Assembly (NCBI GenBank): GCA_963422375.2
Contig: OY729428.2
Span: 1,664,001-1,728,000 of the forward strand
From: Bryobacterales bacterium
GTDB lineage: Bacteria > Acidobacteriota > Terriglobia > Bryobacterales > UBA6623
Direction of reading: 5' to 3'
DNA length: 64,000 nucleotides
Shown here: in pieces, positions 30,940 through 41,898 of the stretch
Position numbering within the stretch: position 1 is the stretch's first letter
How the letters are laid out: every line of letters starts with the position of its first letter
The notes under the pieces: generated by a model
What the model was told of the DNA's origin: nothing
Databases searched by the model: none
Seen by the model: only the letters and a program-made list of their open reading frames with translations
Made by a program: the position numbers and the translations under genes

Positions 30940-32445
30940 GAGCCTTTTGCAAAAATCCCGAGCTCATAGCATTATCATTTAGTTAGTCTATTAAGTATTC
31001 GATATAATCAATGGAATAGAACTGTAGTAAATGTAGTTTTAATGGCTTGTCATGCGTTTTGAGTTTCCTGGAAATCCCTTGCCATCCGTGCTATTATTGT
31101 AATGAAAGCCTAGTAAACAGCTGGCAGAATTCAACGAATATGTCCTTGATAGAAACCGTATCCGCGTACTGGTTCACGTTCCAGCAGGGGCTGTTCCCCT
31201 GGCTCGAGCAGGAACTCGGCCCCCTCGGCGAGCGCTACCGCAGCTTCGTCCAAGCGGTGGAACGGGCGCAGGTCGAGGACTGCCTGCCCGTCGGGCAGGG
31301 CGGCCGCGGCCGCCCCCTCGAAAGCCGCGCCGCCATGGCGCGCGCTTTCATCGCCAAGGCCGTCTTCGACCAGCCCACTACGCGCTCGCCGGTCGAGCGC
31401 CTGCAGACCGATCGCACCCTGCGCCGACTGTGCGGCCGGGACCTGGCCGGGGCCGTGCCCGGCGAGGCAACCTTCTCGCGCGCCTGCGCCGAGTTCGCCG
31501 CCGGCGAACTGCCCGGACGCTTGCACCAGGCGCTGCTCGCGCGACTCGACCGCCATCGAGGGTCGCGAGCGGCCCGCCGGGAAGCCCGCGCCGGAACCGG
31601 AGCCGAAACGCAAGCGCGGGCGCCCTCGCAAGGGCGAGCAGCGGCCGCCCGCTCCGCGCCGACTGGCGCGGCAGCCCGACATGAATCTCGAAGCAATGCT
31701 GCACGACCTGCCGCAGGACTGCGATACCGGCACCAAGCGCAACGCCAAGGGCCGTACCGTCAGCTGGCGCGGCTACAAGCTGCATATCGACGCGATCGAC
31801 GGCGGGATCGCGGTCAGCTGCCTGCTCACCGCGGCTTCGCTGCACGACAGCCAGGCCGCGATCCCGCTGGCGACACGGACCGCGGGCCGCGTCGACAACC
31901 TGTACGACCGGATGGACAGCGCGTACGACGCGGCCGGGATCCGGGCCTTCAGCAAGCGGCTCGGGCACGTGCCGCTCATCGCTGTCAACCCGCGCGGCCG
32001 GACGAGCTGCAGGCGGATCTGGCACGGGAGGCCCCGGCGCTGCGCAGCGCCGGGCGGGCGGAGCCCGCCAAGCTGCGCTACCGCGAGCGCTCGACGGTGG
32101 AGCGTGTCAACGGCCGCCTGAAGGACGATTTCGGCGGGCGCCACGTGCGCGTCCGCGGCCGCGGCAAGGTGCTGTGCCACCTCCTGTTCGGCGTGCTCGC
32201 GCTGACGGTCGAGCAGCTCCTGCGCCTGGCGCTCCGAGAGCCCGGGCCGCCGGGACAGCCGGGCAGAGCGCCCGCCCGCAGGGCCGGGCCGGGAGAGCTG
32301 CGCCTGCACGGGGCCGCTCCCCGCAGGAGCGCCCCGCAGCCGAGCAAGCCCAGCTGAAGGGAGTCTTTTTCGGCGAGAATAACAGCCCGGAAACTAGTCG
32401 TTCATGGGGCGGTCAGCCCTCTTTTCTGAATCTTGCAAAAGGCTC
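30940..32445 (+). mobile_element. IS5/IS1182-like IS, copy 1 (transposase 31140-32357 with deletion and frameshifts)
   Basis: TIRs GAGCCTTTTGCAA / TTGCAAAAGGCTC; 4-bp TSD GAAT (30936-30939, 32446-32449); split DDE transposase (GYKLHID, HDSQ, MDSAYD, ERVNGRLK); 38 bp shorter than copy 2. Confidence 0.88.
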
Positions 32446-32454
32446 GAATTATAT

Positions 32455-33953
32455 GGGAATTATATATCTGAGTGCCGAGGGAATCAAGTCGGCAAATTAT
32501 CAAGCCATTATAAGATTTCATATTTCTTCCGAATTTCCGTTGACATTCTGTGGTGTTTCTTGGTAGAATAGTTCCAGCAGGGGATGCCGTAAATGAAGAA
32601 ACCAGGTCCCGGAAAGTGGTTCCGTAAAGGCATCACATTGATCGAAGTGATCGCCATGTTCCGCGATGACGAATCCGCGGAAAAGTGGTTCGCCTCCATG
32701 CGCTGGCCGGACGGTCCCGCGTGCCCCCACTGCCGCGGCTCCAGCGTGCAGTCCGACGCGGCCCACCCTTCGATGCCGTACCGTTGCCGCGGCTGCGGCA
32801 AGCGCTTTTCGGTGCGCACCGGCAGCGTGATGGCCGACACCAAGCTCGGCTACCGCACCCGGGCCGTCGCCCTGTTCCTGCTGACCACCGGCCTCAAGGG
32901 CGTCTCGAGCATGAAGCTGCACCGCGACCTAGGCGTCAGCCGGAAGTCGGCCCGGCGCCTGGCGCACCGCATCCGCGCGTGCCGGGAGCGGGATCGGGGC
33001 CTGTTCGCCGGCCCGGTGGAGGTGGACGAGACCTGCGTCGGCGGCAAGGAACGCAACCAGCACGAGAGCAAGAAGGCCCGCGCCGGGCGCGGGCCCGTCG
33101 GCAAGACCCCGGTGGCGGGGGCGCGGGACCGCGCCACGAACGCAGCGGCCGCGCGGCCGCTGCCGGGCACCGCCAAGGGCGACCTGCAGGGCTTCGCGCG
33201 CGGCCGCGTCGCGCCGGGGGCGCAGCTCCGCTCCGACGAGGCGGCGGCCTGCGCCGGCATGGCGGAGTTCCCGCACGAAGCCGTCAGGCACTCCGGCGGC
33301 GAGTACGTGCGCGGGGCAGCGCATACGAACGGCATCGAATCGTTCCGGTCCCTGTTCAAGCGCGGCCTGTACGGAACCTATCACCGGATGAGCGTCCGTC
33401 ATCTCGGCCGCTACCTCACGGAGTTCGCGGGACGGCGCAACGACCGCGACTGCGACACGGCGGAACGGATGCGGCGCATGGCGCGGGGCTTGGTCGGCCG
33501 GACGCTGACCTGCCGGCAGCTGACCGGCAAGGCCGCGGTCGCGGCCTGAGCGGCGCCCGCCGCGCTGGGCGCGGCAGCCCGCTGCGGGCGCGCGCTTCAC
33601 GCTCGGTACGAGGGGCGCAGCGGATCCGGAATGCCCCGGTGCGACCCCGGTCCGGCCCGGACCGTCCATGCAGGCCGTCGAGCGCCGGGGATCCGCTGTC
33701 TTCGGCCCTCGCAGGGCCTGCAAGGGGTGCCCTGCCACCGCCAACCGGGTTACACCGGGGCAACCGGGGCATGCGAGGCGGCTTCTCTAGTCCCTTCCTC
33801 GTCCAATCCGCTGGCAGGCTCGATTCAGATACGATCCCACCCCTCCGTGCCTGCCGCGGCCGCACTCGCATGACCCGAGCTCGACACCGACCTCCCTGCT
33901 CACAGCAGTTCTAGTCGGACATGGCGTTGTCGGCACTCAGATATATAATTCCC
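32455..33953 (+). mobile_element. IS1595-family IS, copy 2
   Basis: Same TIRs as copy 1 at 32455 and 33953; flanks AATTATAT / TAAAGTTG are not a TSD. Confidence 0.93.
32593..33549 (+). CDS. IS1595-family transposase
   Basis: 318 aa, near-identical to 480-1436. Confidence 0.92.
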   Translation: MKKPGPGKWFRKGITLIEVIAMFRDDESAEKWFASMRWPDGPACPHCRGSSVQSDAAHPSMPYRCRGCGKRFSVRTGSVMADTKLGYRTRAVALFLLTTGLKGVSSMKLHRDLGVSRKSARRLAHRIRACRERDRGLFAGPVEVDETCVGGKERNQHESKKARAGRGPVGKTPVAGARDRATNAAAARPLPGTAKGDLQGFARGRVAPGAQLRSDEAAACAGMAEFPHEAVRHSGGEYVRGAAHTNGIESFRSLFKRGLYGTYHRMSVRHLGRYLTEFAGRRNDRDCDTAERMRRMARGLVGRTLTCRQLTGKAAVAA

Positions 33954-35154
33954 TAAAGTTGCGGTCGTGCCGCGCCAGGCAGTTGAAGCCCTCGTTCTCG
34001 ATCTTGCAGTGCGGCCGGCCGGCCGGCGCAATCCGCTCCGCGTTGTCCGTGGTGACCGCCCAACTGGTGAATAAGCAGTTGGTGCAGGTGCGTTTACCGC
34101 AGCGCTCGATGGCGTACTCGATCTAGGTGCCCTGCAGGGCGTCGCGGCCCTTGCGCAAGGGCACCGCGTCCGTTCAGCGGAGGCGGTGCCCCTCGGACCG
34201 CTTGCCCGGCCCGGGCCGCGGCAGCCAGCCGGTCGATCGCACTGCGCCGCTCGCCCGCTGGCTCTCCAGCACCTCGTACAAGCGCTGGTGGGATCCGGGC
34301 TTGCATTCCAGGATGTAGTCCATGCCGGCGGCCTCGCAGACCGGCTGGCAGCAGTACAGGTCGTCGCCCGGCAGGACGGGGTGGCAGGCCTGCAGCCAGG
34401 CGCCCTGAGCGGCGGTCCAGCGCTTGGCAGCGTTGCGCTCGCAGTCCTGCTTGCGCTCGTCCTCGCTCAGGTCGGCGCGGGTCGCGGCCGCGTCCTGCTA
34501 CGGGCGCACGAACTCGGGCATCGGCGGCAGAACGGTACCGTGGCCGTCGGCCACCGCGGCGGCCGCGACCATCGTCCGGAAGTACTGCTGCCGACGCTCG
34601 CTGCCGACGCGCCGCACCTAGCACTGCGGGCAATGCACCGTGCCGGAGCGGTGGAACGAGACGCGGTCCAGAGCCGCCGGCAGGCGTTCGTCGAGGCGCT
34701 GGAAGGGCTCGAGCGCGCCCTGCGCGGCCACGCTTTCTAGGCACAGCCGGAGCAGCGGGTTGAACGCGGCCGGGTCGAGGCGGTCGAGCAAGTTGCGGCT
34801 CCGGCTGTCGCAGGGGATGCGGCCCACGCCGACATGGGTCCGGCAGTTGGAGCGGGGGACGTCCCGCTCCATGCGCCGCTGGAACGCGAGGAACGACTCG
34901 CACTGGGTGAAGAAGCAGGCCGGGGCGCAACCGGCGGCGTCGCTGACCGCGTAGCGCGTGTTGCGGCCTGTGCCCCGGTCGGGCAGGCCGGCCGCCGTCC
35001 CGCGGAAGGCGCTCAGCAGCGGGTCCAAGACTTGCGGCATTCATCCTGACTGGCGATTTGCTAGGAAAAGTCAAGTGCCTGCCTGCGCTAACCTGCCTTC
35101 GACACCTTCTCAGACACTCTGGAAATCCCGAAATGTCCAAATCTAGAATCGCTG
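33954..35154 (-). pseudogene. ISNCY-type transposase remnant with multiple stops/frameshifts, 3' end cut by IS1595 copy 2
   Basis: LPDRGTGRNTRY..DAA....FFTQCESFLAFQR, IPCD...RNLLD, KIENEGFN; possible left end CAGCGATTCTAGA at 35154. Confidence 0.75.
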
Positions 35155-35919
35155 CCGCCAAGGGGGACCGGCCCGCGCTGCGGGACACCCTGGCGGCTTG
35201 CGATCGGAGGCGCTTGGCGGAGCACGCGGAGGAGCGCCGGAGGCAAGGGCGTGAAGAGACCCGCCGCATCCGAGTGACGGAGTTGCTCGACGCGGAGGGC
35301 CGGTCGGCGGAGGGGCTGCCCGAGCGCGACCGCGAGGGGGTCGCCGGCCTGGACTTCTCCGGCCTGCGCGTTGCGGCGCAAGTGATCCGTGAGGTCACGG
35401 ACAGCAAGACCGGCTAGGCGGGCGAGCCGGTCACGGCCTGCCTGTTCACCGACATGGACCCGGCCGAGGCGAGCGGACCGCGCCTGACGGGGGCGGTTGA
35501 GAACGGGATTAACCGAGTCCGCGACGGTGCCGAGTACGCCGAGGACAGCTGCCGGGCGCGCAAGGGCACGCTCGCGACGGAGTCGGTGGCCAGTCGCAAC
35601 ACGGCGGTGTCGATGCTGCGCGACCTCGGGTTGGAGAACATCTCCAGAAAGGTGCGCGAGCTTGCGGCGAACGCCGGCCAAGGCCTTGGCATCATCCTGC
35701 CCCGAGCCCCGCTGCGACCGCTCGCGGACGCAGGCACTCTTGCGCCTGCCCGGTCACGCGGGGCATTTCGAGCCCTTCAAGCGCGCCCGCAAGACGTGTC
35801 GAATCCGTCTAGCACCCCGCGTCGCCTCCGTTCGACGCCTCTAGACCAACCGTTGTAACCGCGCACCCATTCTGCTCCGCATCTCGGGTCCCTCGGCGAC
35901 TCACTTCGGCGCACCCCTG
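35155..35919 (+). mobile_element. ISAs1-family remnant (3' part)
   Basis: KGDRPAL..GREETRRI..VENG..RVRD..YAED..R..RNTAVSML; ends in CACCCCTG (CAGGG-type TIR); homologous to 39155-39668. Confidence 0.78.
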
Positions 35920-36024
35920 ACTGCACTCTTGGGAAGAACAAAGGCCTCCGTGATCATCTGAACCTAGTATCCGCGATCGGGTGCTTCGACGGACGCAGCC
36001 CCGTTGTTGTGCTACATTGTGGCG

Positions 36025-37209
36025 ATGGCATTAGGAGACAGCATTCGCAGGCTAGCTCGGGTGGTCGCAGCAGCGCAATTGCTCATTCTGCTGGGCGGTT
36101 CGGATATGCTTGCCGAAACACCGAACCACAAGGGCGATGTGATGAACGTCAGGGTCTTGCGTCGTGTCGAGCAGCACCCCCACGCTTGGCGTGTTTGGCA
36201 GCCGTTCATCATTCAAGGTGACCGTGAGCGTCATCTCATCGTGGCGTACGGTGCGATGGTCAACCGCAAGAAAGACATGGGTGACATTCTCGCCACGATT
36301 TCGCGGGACGACGGTGAAACTTGGTCGGAACCTGTCCCGATATTTAGTCACCGAGAGCGACAGGGTGCCGTCCAATTTGCGTACGCCAATCCTGTGCTTT
36401 ACCGCGCACCCGGACAGGATGTCATCTGGTGTTTTGCCATGCGCTGTCCCATTTCCTTTGAGAATAGCGAGGAATCCCAGCTTGTGGGTGCCTTTACAGC
36501 TGACGGTGGATGGAGCTGGACACAGGTCGAGCTGAACATGCGATACACCGGACCACTCATCACTAACGCGGGACTCGTGCAGACCGAGATCGACGGGCGG
36601 AAAGTGTTTCTGTTGCCAGCTCATCGCAACACGTTGCGGAACGATCCGCGGGGATCGCGCGACCACTTCATTCTCTCGAGTACAAGCCTGCTCGAGTGGA
36701 AACTCGAAGCGTATATCCCTCAGCCAACAACGGCTCGCGTCTTTCTCCATGAAGGCAACTTGGCCCCGAGCGATAAGCCTAGCGAACTCAAGATCGTGAT
36801 GCGCACCGCGGACTATGACAACTCCGCCCTGACCACGGATCCTCCGCGCGCCTATTCAAGTGTCAGCGCCGACGGCGGCCATACTTGGAGCGTTGCCAGT
36901 GAGGAGCCGGACTTGCACAACGCTAAGTCCAAGGCCTATTTCGGCCGGGCAACTGACGGGACGCACATCTACGTCTACAACGACGGTCCGGCCCAAAGTG
37001 AAGGTGGCCGCATGGCGCTGCGCTACAAGACAAAGGCTCCCGGCGGCACTTGGAGCGAACAAAAGACCTTCTACGACGCGGGCATCAAGAACTCATACCC
37101 GACACTGGTCGAGGTCACGTCAGGCGACTTCCGGGCGGTCTGGGACAGCGGAACTGCAACTAGGGCCCGTACGCACATCCACTTCGGCAAGCTCCGGCTA
37201 CAACCGTGA
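36025..37209 (+). CDS. Sialidase/BNR-repeat (Asp-box) family glycoside hydrolase-like protein
   Basis: Asp boxes SRDDGETWS, TADGGWSW, SADGGHTWS; SYPTL; lower GC than flanking genes. Confidence 0.8.
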   Translation: MALGDSIRRLARVVAAAQLLILLGGSDMLAETPNHKGDVMNVRVLRRVEQHPHAWRVWQPFIIQGDRERHLIVAYGAMVNRKKDMGDILATISRDDGETWSEPVPIFSHRERQGAVQFAYANPVLYRAPGQDVIWCFAMRCPISFENSEESQLVGAFTADGGWSWTQVELNMRYTGPLITNAGLVQTEIDGRKVFLLPAHRNTLRNDPRGSRDHFILSSTSLLEWKLEAYIPQPTTARVFLHEGNLAPSDKPSELKIVMRTADYDNSALTTDPPRAYSSVSADGGHTWSVASEEPDLHNAKSKAYFGRATDGTHIYVYNDGPAQSEGGRMALRYKTKAPGGTWSEQKTFYDAGIKNSYPTLVEVTSGDFRAVWDSGTATRARTHIHFGKLRLQP

Positions 37210-37265
37210 CCCCGTCGAGCCGTCGTACTCTTGGGTCCTCGGGCCTCCGAGAGGACACTGACACT

Positions 37266-37824
37266 AGTGTCCTGAATCAGAAACTCGCTGCCAGTAGATC
37301 CTGAGTGTTTCGAGGATTTTGTCGGCAGTCTTGGTCCACACGAACAGCTTCGGATTCTCGCTCCATGCCGCGAGGTACTCCTAGATTGCCTTCTCGAGGG
37401 CCCGCGTGCCGAGGCGGTTGCCACGGCGGATCTGCTGCTCCGTGACTTCGGCGAACCAGCGCTCGAGCAACTTGAGCCGCGAGGCGCTCGTCGGAGTTCA
37501 TTGGAAGTGGGGGCGCGGTCGGCGCGCCAGCCGGTTGCGGATCATCGTGTCTCGCGCGTGCTGCAGTTGCCCGGTACCGGATGGATGTCCAAGTCCGGCG
37601 GGACCGCCTTGTCGATCACGGCGAGGCACTTCTTGATCTCGACGACTCGATGCCTGCGGAAACGCTTGCCGATGACTTCGCCCGCGGCGATGTTCATGGC
37701 GGCGAATAGGGTCGCGACGCCGTTCCCTATGCAGTCGTCGGTCCGTCTCTCGGGCGTCCCCGGCCGGGTGCGGTCAAGCCCAAGGAGGGCATCTACTGGT
37801 CAAGAACATATGATTCAGGATACT
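37266..37824 (-). mobile_element. Internally deleted IS630-family element
   Basis: TIRs AGTGTCCTGAATCA / TGATTCAGGATACT; minus-strand remnants TLFAAMNIAAGEVIG, PTSASRL.LLERWF, FVWTKTAD.I....VSDSGH*. Confidence 0.78.
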
Positions 37825-37941
37825 GGCTGCTAAGGTCCTTGCCGTTACCTAAATCCAATCTGATGGCATTCCCGAAGCGATGGAATCCCCGACCATGGCA
37901 GATTTCCCTGGTCAATTGCGCGTCCGTCCATCTGCTGTACG

Positions 37942-39668
37942 TAGGGCGATTCCAAGGTCGTGGGCGCGTGGTGATTCGCGACTACTTGCCGCTAGGACTG
38001 GACATGTCGGCCTGATTCTGCGACAACCCGAGTAGTGCTCGCGAGCCCGGTGCAGCTAAGCAAGGTCTGGGTGCGCCCGTTGCGTCGAGACGAAGCGGAG
38101 CGTTGAGCCGCGTTGATGCGGACGCATCATTATCTCGCGTATCGCAAGATGTGCGGGGCCCAGCTGAAGCAGGTGGCCGGGCAGGGCGAGTGCTGGCCGG
38201 CCTTTCTCGGCTGGCCGGCCGCGGCTCCGCATTGCGGTCCCCGGGACCGCTGGATCGGCTCGAGCGCTCTGCGGCGGCTCGCGCGGCCGTGGCCGGTGGT
38301 GTCGAACACGCGCTTCCCGCCGCTCCCGGCGGCCGGGCGCACGCGCTGCCCGGCCTCGTGCATGCCGGGCCTGGCCCAGTGCCGCCCGGTCGACGACTGG
38401 CAGGCCGGCAACGGCTATCGCCCGCCGCTGGCGGAGACCTTCGTCGACGCCGCACGCTTCGCCGGCACCCGCTAGCGTGCGGCCAGCTGGACCGAGCTCG
38501 GAGCCACCCGGGGCGCGCGAGCAGTTCGCCGCGGAGCAACGGCGGGCGGAATAGCAGGGCCGGAGGAATCGCATGACTGTGGAAGCGTCGCAGATCGAGT
38601 CGCTGTGGGACCACTTGCGGCAAGACCCGGACTTCCGCCGCCGGCGCGGGGTGCGGTCACCGAGATCGCCGAGTTCGCCCCGCGTATGGAGCAGGACAAG
38701 CTGCGCACCGCGGGCGTGCGACGGATCAAGGAGGGGTACCGCCATCCGTCACGCAACACCGTCCGACGGGTGTTGCCGGGCGTGGAGGAGAGCCAACAGG
38801 AGTAGCAGCTGAATGCCTGGCTGAGCGCCCAGGGCGGCGCGGCTCATCGGGGCGAGGCGCTGGCTCTGGACGGCAAGCACCGGCTCGGCTCCTACGACCA
38901 CGACTGCGGGCCGGACGGCCAAGTGGGCTCGGAACCGGCGCGGCAGCAGCTGGCCGCGGTGGGCTTCGAGTCGAGGCAGGTCCATGCACAGCAAGGCTTT
39001 AACGGCAACAAGGACGACGCCGAGGGGCGCGCGCTCCGCGAGGTGCTCGTCAGGATGTACATCACAGGGCGCTGCATCGCGGCCGACGCGCTGCACGCCT
39101 ATGCCGGCACGGCGCTGCTGATTATCCGTCGCGGGGCCTTCTATCTCTTCACCGCGAAGGGGAATCAGCCCGCGCTGCTGGATAGCCTGGCAGGCTGTGA
39201 TCGGGGGTGCCAGGCGGAGCACGTGGAGGGGGAACGGGCGCGACGAAACCCGCCGCATCCGCGTGATGGAGTCGCTCGACGCGCAGGGCCGGCCGGCCGC
39301 GGGCCTGCCCGGCCGCGAGGCGGCCGCGGGCCTGGACTTCCTCGGCCTGCGCCTTGCGGCGCAAGTGATCCGCGAGGTCACGGACGGCACCACCGGCGAG
39401 GCGCGCGAGCTGGTCGCGAACGCCGACCGAGGCTTGGACATCATGCTGCCCCGAGCCCCGCTGCAATCGCTCGCGGACGCAGCCACTCTTGCGCCTGCCC
39501 GGTCACGCGGGGCGTTTCGGGACCTCCAAGCGTGGCCGCAAGATACGTCGAACCCGTCCACCACCCCGCGTCGCCTCCATTCGACGCCTCTAGACCGACC
39601 GTTGTCATCGGACACCCATTCTGCTCCGCATCTCGGTTCCTTCGGCGACCGACTTTGGCGCACCCCTG
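37942..39668 (+). mobile_element. Degenerate ISAs1-family element with N-terminal DUF4338 (DruA-like) region
   Basis: HHYLAYR..GAQLK..FLGW.AAA..C..RDRWIG..AETFVD (DUF4338-like), then ALDGK, ADALH, TAKGNQP; ends TAGGGCGATTCCAAGGTCG / CGACTTTGGCGCACCCCTG. Confidence 0.7.
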
Positions 39669-40381
39669 GGCAGTGCCCGGCAGCGGCCGGGCCGCCACTT
39701 CGTTAGCGGCGCGATCCAGCGCGCCTGCCACGGGCGTCTTGCCGACGGGCCCGCGCCCGGCACGGGCCCCTCGTGCTTGTTGCGCTCCTTGCCGCCGACG
39801 CAGGTCTCGTCCACCTCCACCGGGCCGGCGAACAGGCCCCGATCCCGCTCCCGGCACGCGCGGATGCGGTGCGCCAGGTGCCGGGCCGACTTCCGGCTGA
39901 TGCCCGGGTCGCGGTGCAGCTTCATGCTCGAGACGCCCTTGATGCCGGTGGTCAGCAGGAACAGGGCGACGGCCCGGGTGCGGTAGCCGAGCTTGGTGTC
40001 GGCCATCACGCTGCCGGTGCGCACGGAAAAGCGCTTGCCGCAGCCGCGGCAACGGTACGGCATCGAAGGGTGGGCCGCGTCGGACTGCACGCTGGAGCCG
40101 CGGCAGCGGGGGCACGCGGGACCGTCCGGCCAGCGCATGGAGGCGAACCACTTTTCCGCGGATTTGTCATCGGGGAACATGGCGATCACTTCGATCAATG
40201 TGATGCCTTTACGGAACCACTTTCCGGGACCTGATTTCTTCATTTACGGTATCCCCTACTGGAACTATTCTACCAAGAAACACCACAGAATGTCAACGGA
40301 AATTCGGAAGAAATATGAAATCTTATAATGGCTTGATAATTTGCCGAAGTGATTCCCTCAGAACTCCGATATATAATTCCC
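39669..40381 (-). mobile_element. IS1595-family IS, copy 3, 3'-truncated (transposase start 40243)
   Basis: Left TIR at 40381; N-terminal ~190 codons match copy 1 with a small deletion/frameshift; stops at the ISAs1 right end. Confidence 0.9.
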
Positions 40382-40555
40382 TTTCGAAGCCACTTCCCGG
40401 GGGATGTCTTCTTTATTGACAGCCTATATTAATGAATCTATTCCGCATATAATCTATTCCGACTGTCAACAGAACGTGGAAATGTATATGAAATCATTAG
40501 ATGGATTGATAAGTCGACCGAATCGCTTGCCTCGGCACTTCGATATATGATTCCC
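40382..40555 (-). mobile_element. Left end of a divergent IS1595 relative interrupted by copy 3
   Basis: TIR GGGAATCATATATCGAAGTGCC at 40555; similar AT-rich leader; encodes (I)KKTSPGKWLRK versus MKKPGPGKWFRK. Confidence 0.75.
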
Positions 40556-40915
40556 TTCCGGATCGGGCCCGGATCCCCAGAGCCGCAGTCAAGAAAGTTG
40601 CTGGCGTGAGCCCGCTGGCCTGAGCCGTGCGGTGTCCCATGCCAGTGACCCAGCCAAGGTCCCTTCCTGGTCGAGCATGACAGGGGCGAACCGCGCACTG
40701 GTGGGAGTCGGCAGCGCCGGTCCATGATGCCGCCGGGGAAGACTGAGTCTGGCGTGCCGTGTGATCGAATCTTCCCGGGCCGGGCAATGCAGGGGTTGTG
40801 CCTTGGAGATGCGCGCTCGCAGCCGTTCCCGCGAACACCCGCTCGAAGCTACTCCGGACGAGGCGCTTGGAGGGTGGCCGTCCCCGCATCGCCCAGAGGG
40901 TCGGGCACCGGTTGG

Positions 40916-41818
40916 TCAAGACGGCGATATAGCTGCAAGCGAGGAGTCGACAGTAGTGTGCAGGAATTCGAAGCCGGCCCTCATGGCAGCCTTTGGTAGG
41001 ACGCGCTGCGAGGCTAGCAGCACCCCTGCAAACTCGCCCAGCGCAAGTCGCAGAGCGAACGCCGGCGCGGGGAAGACGGCCGGCCGCCTGACCGCTCGCC
41101 CTAGCGCGCGCGTGAATTCCCGGTTGCGGACCGGATTGGGTGCGGTGCCGTTGACCGGGCCGCTCAGATCCTCGTGCTCCGCGGCGAAGACGAACAGGCG
41201 GGCGAGATCATCAACGTCGATCCACGGCATCCACTGCTGCCCGTTGCCGAGCCGCCCGCCCGCCCCCAGCTTGAATAGCGGCCGCATCTTGGCAAGTGCG
41301 CCACCGTTGACTCCTAGGACGAGACCGATGCGGATCGTAACGACGCGAATGCCGAGTTCCTCGGCCGTCCGGGCCTCTGCTTCCCAGGCCCGGCATACGT
41401 CGGCGAGGAATCCGGTTGCAGGCGGGGCACTCTCGTCGAGCTCTTCATCCCCCTGCGAGCCGTACAAGCCCACTGCCGACGCGGAAACAAGCACCGGCGG
41501 GGGGGAGTCCAAGGGCCGCAAGGCAGCCACGAGATTCCTGGTGCCCAGCACGCGGCTGTCGCGGATGCGCGCCTTTTTGGCGGATGTCCAGCGGCCGTCC
41601 GCGACGGGCTCCCCGGCTAGGTGGAAAACCGCGTCGCAACCGTCGAACGCCTCGGGCGGGGGCTGCTCTTGGTCCGGAATCCACCGGAAGCATGCCGCCC
41701 CCGAGAGATACGCGGGAACCGCCTCTGGCCGGCGTGTCAGGACGTTCTGTGGCGGCACCCGGGCGCACAGGCGCTGGCCCACGAAGCCGGTGGCTCCCGT
41801 GACGAGCGGTTTGTTCAT
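40916..41818 (-). CDS. TIGR01777-family epimerase/oxidoreductase
   Basis: VTGATGFVG, HLAGEPVA..RWT, SASAVGLYG, GGRLGNGQQWMPWI, LLASQRVLP. Confidence 0.9.
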   Translation of the reverse strand: MNKPLVTGATGFVGQRLCARVPPQNVLTRRPEAVPAYLSGAACFRWIPDQEQPPPEAFDGCDAVFHLAGEPVADGRWTSAKKARIRDSRVLGTRNLVAALRPLDSPPPVLVSASAVGLYGSQGDEELDESAPPATGFLADVCRAWEAEARTAEELGIRVVTIRIGLVLGVNGGALAKMRPLFKLGAGGRLGNGQQWMPWIDVDDLARLFVFAAEHEDLSGPVNGTAPNPVRNREFTRALGRAVRRPAVFPAPAFALRLALGEFAGVLLASQRVLPKAAMRAGFEFLHTTVDSSLAAISPS

Positions 41819-41898
41819 GTGGCTCATGATAATGGGAGACGGGAGCAACCCGTCGCCGTCGCGGACTTGTTCTGGCTAGGCCGCGTTCCCTTTGTATC

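Noticed and set aside
38113..38475. Druantia anti-phage system
   Set aside because: Only a degenerate DUF4338-like region inside an IS; no DruE helicase or other dru genes
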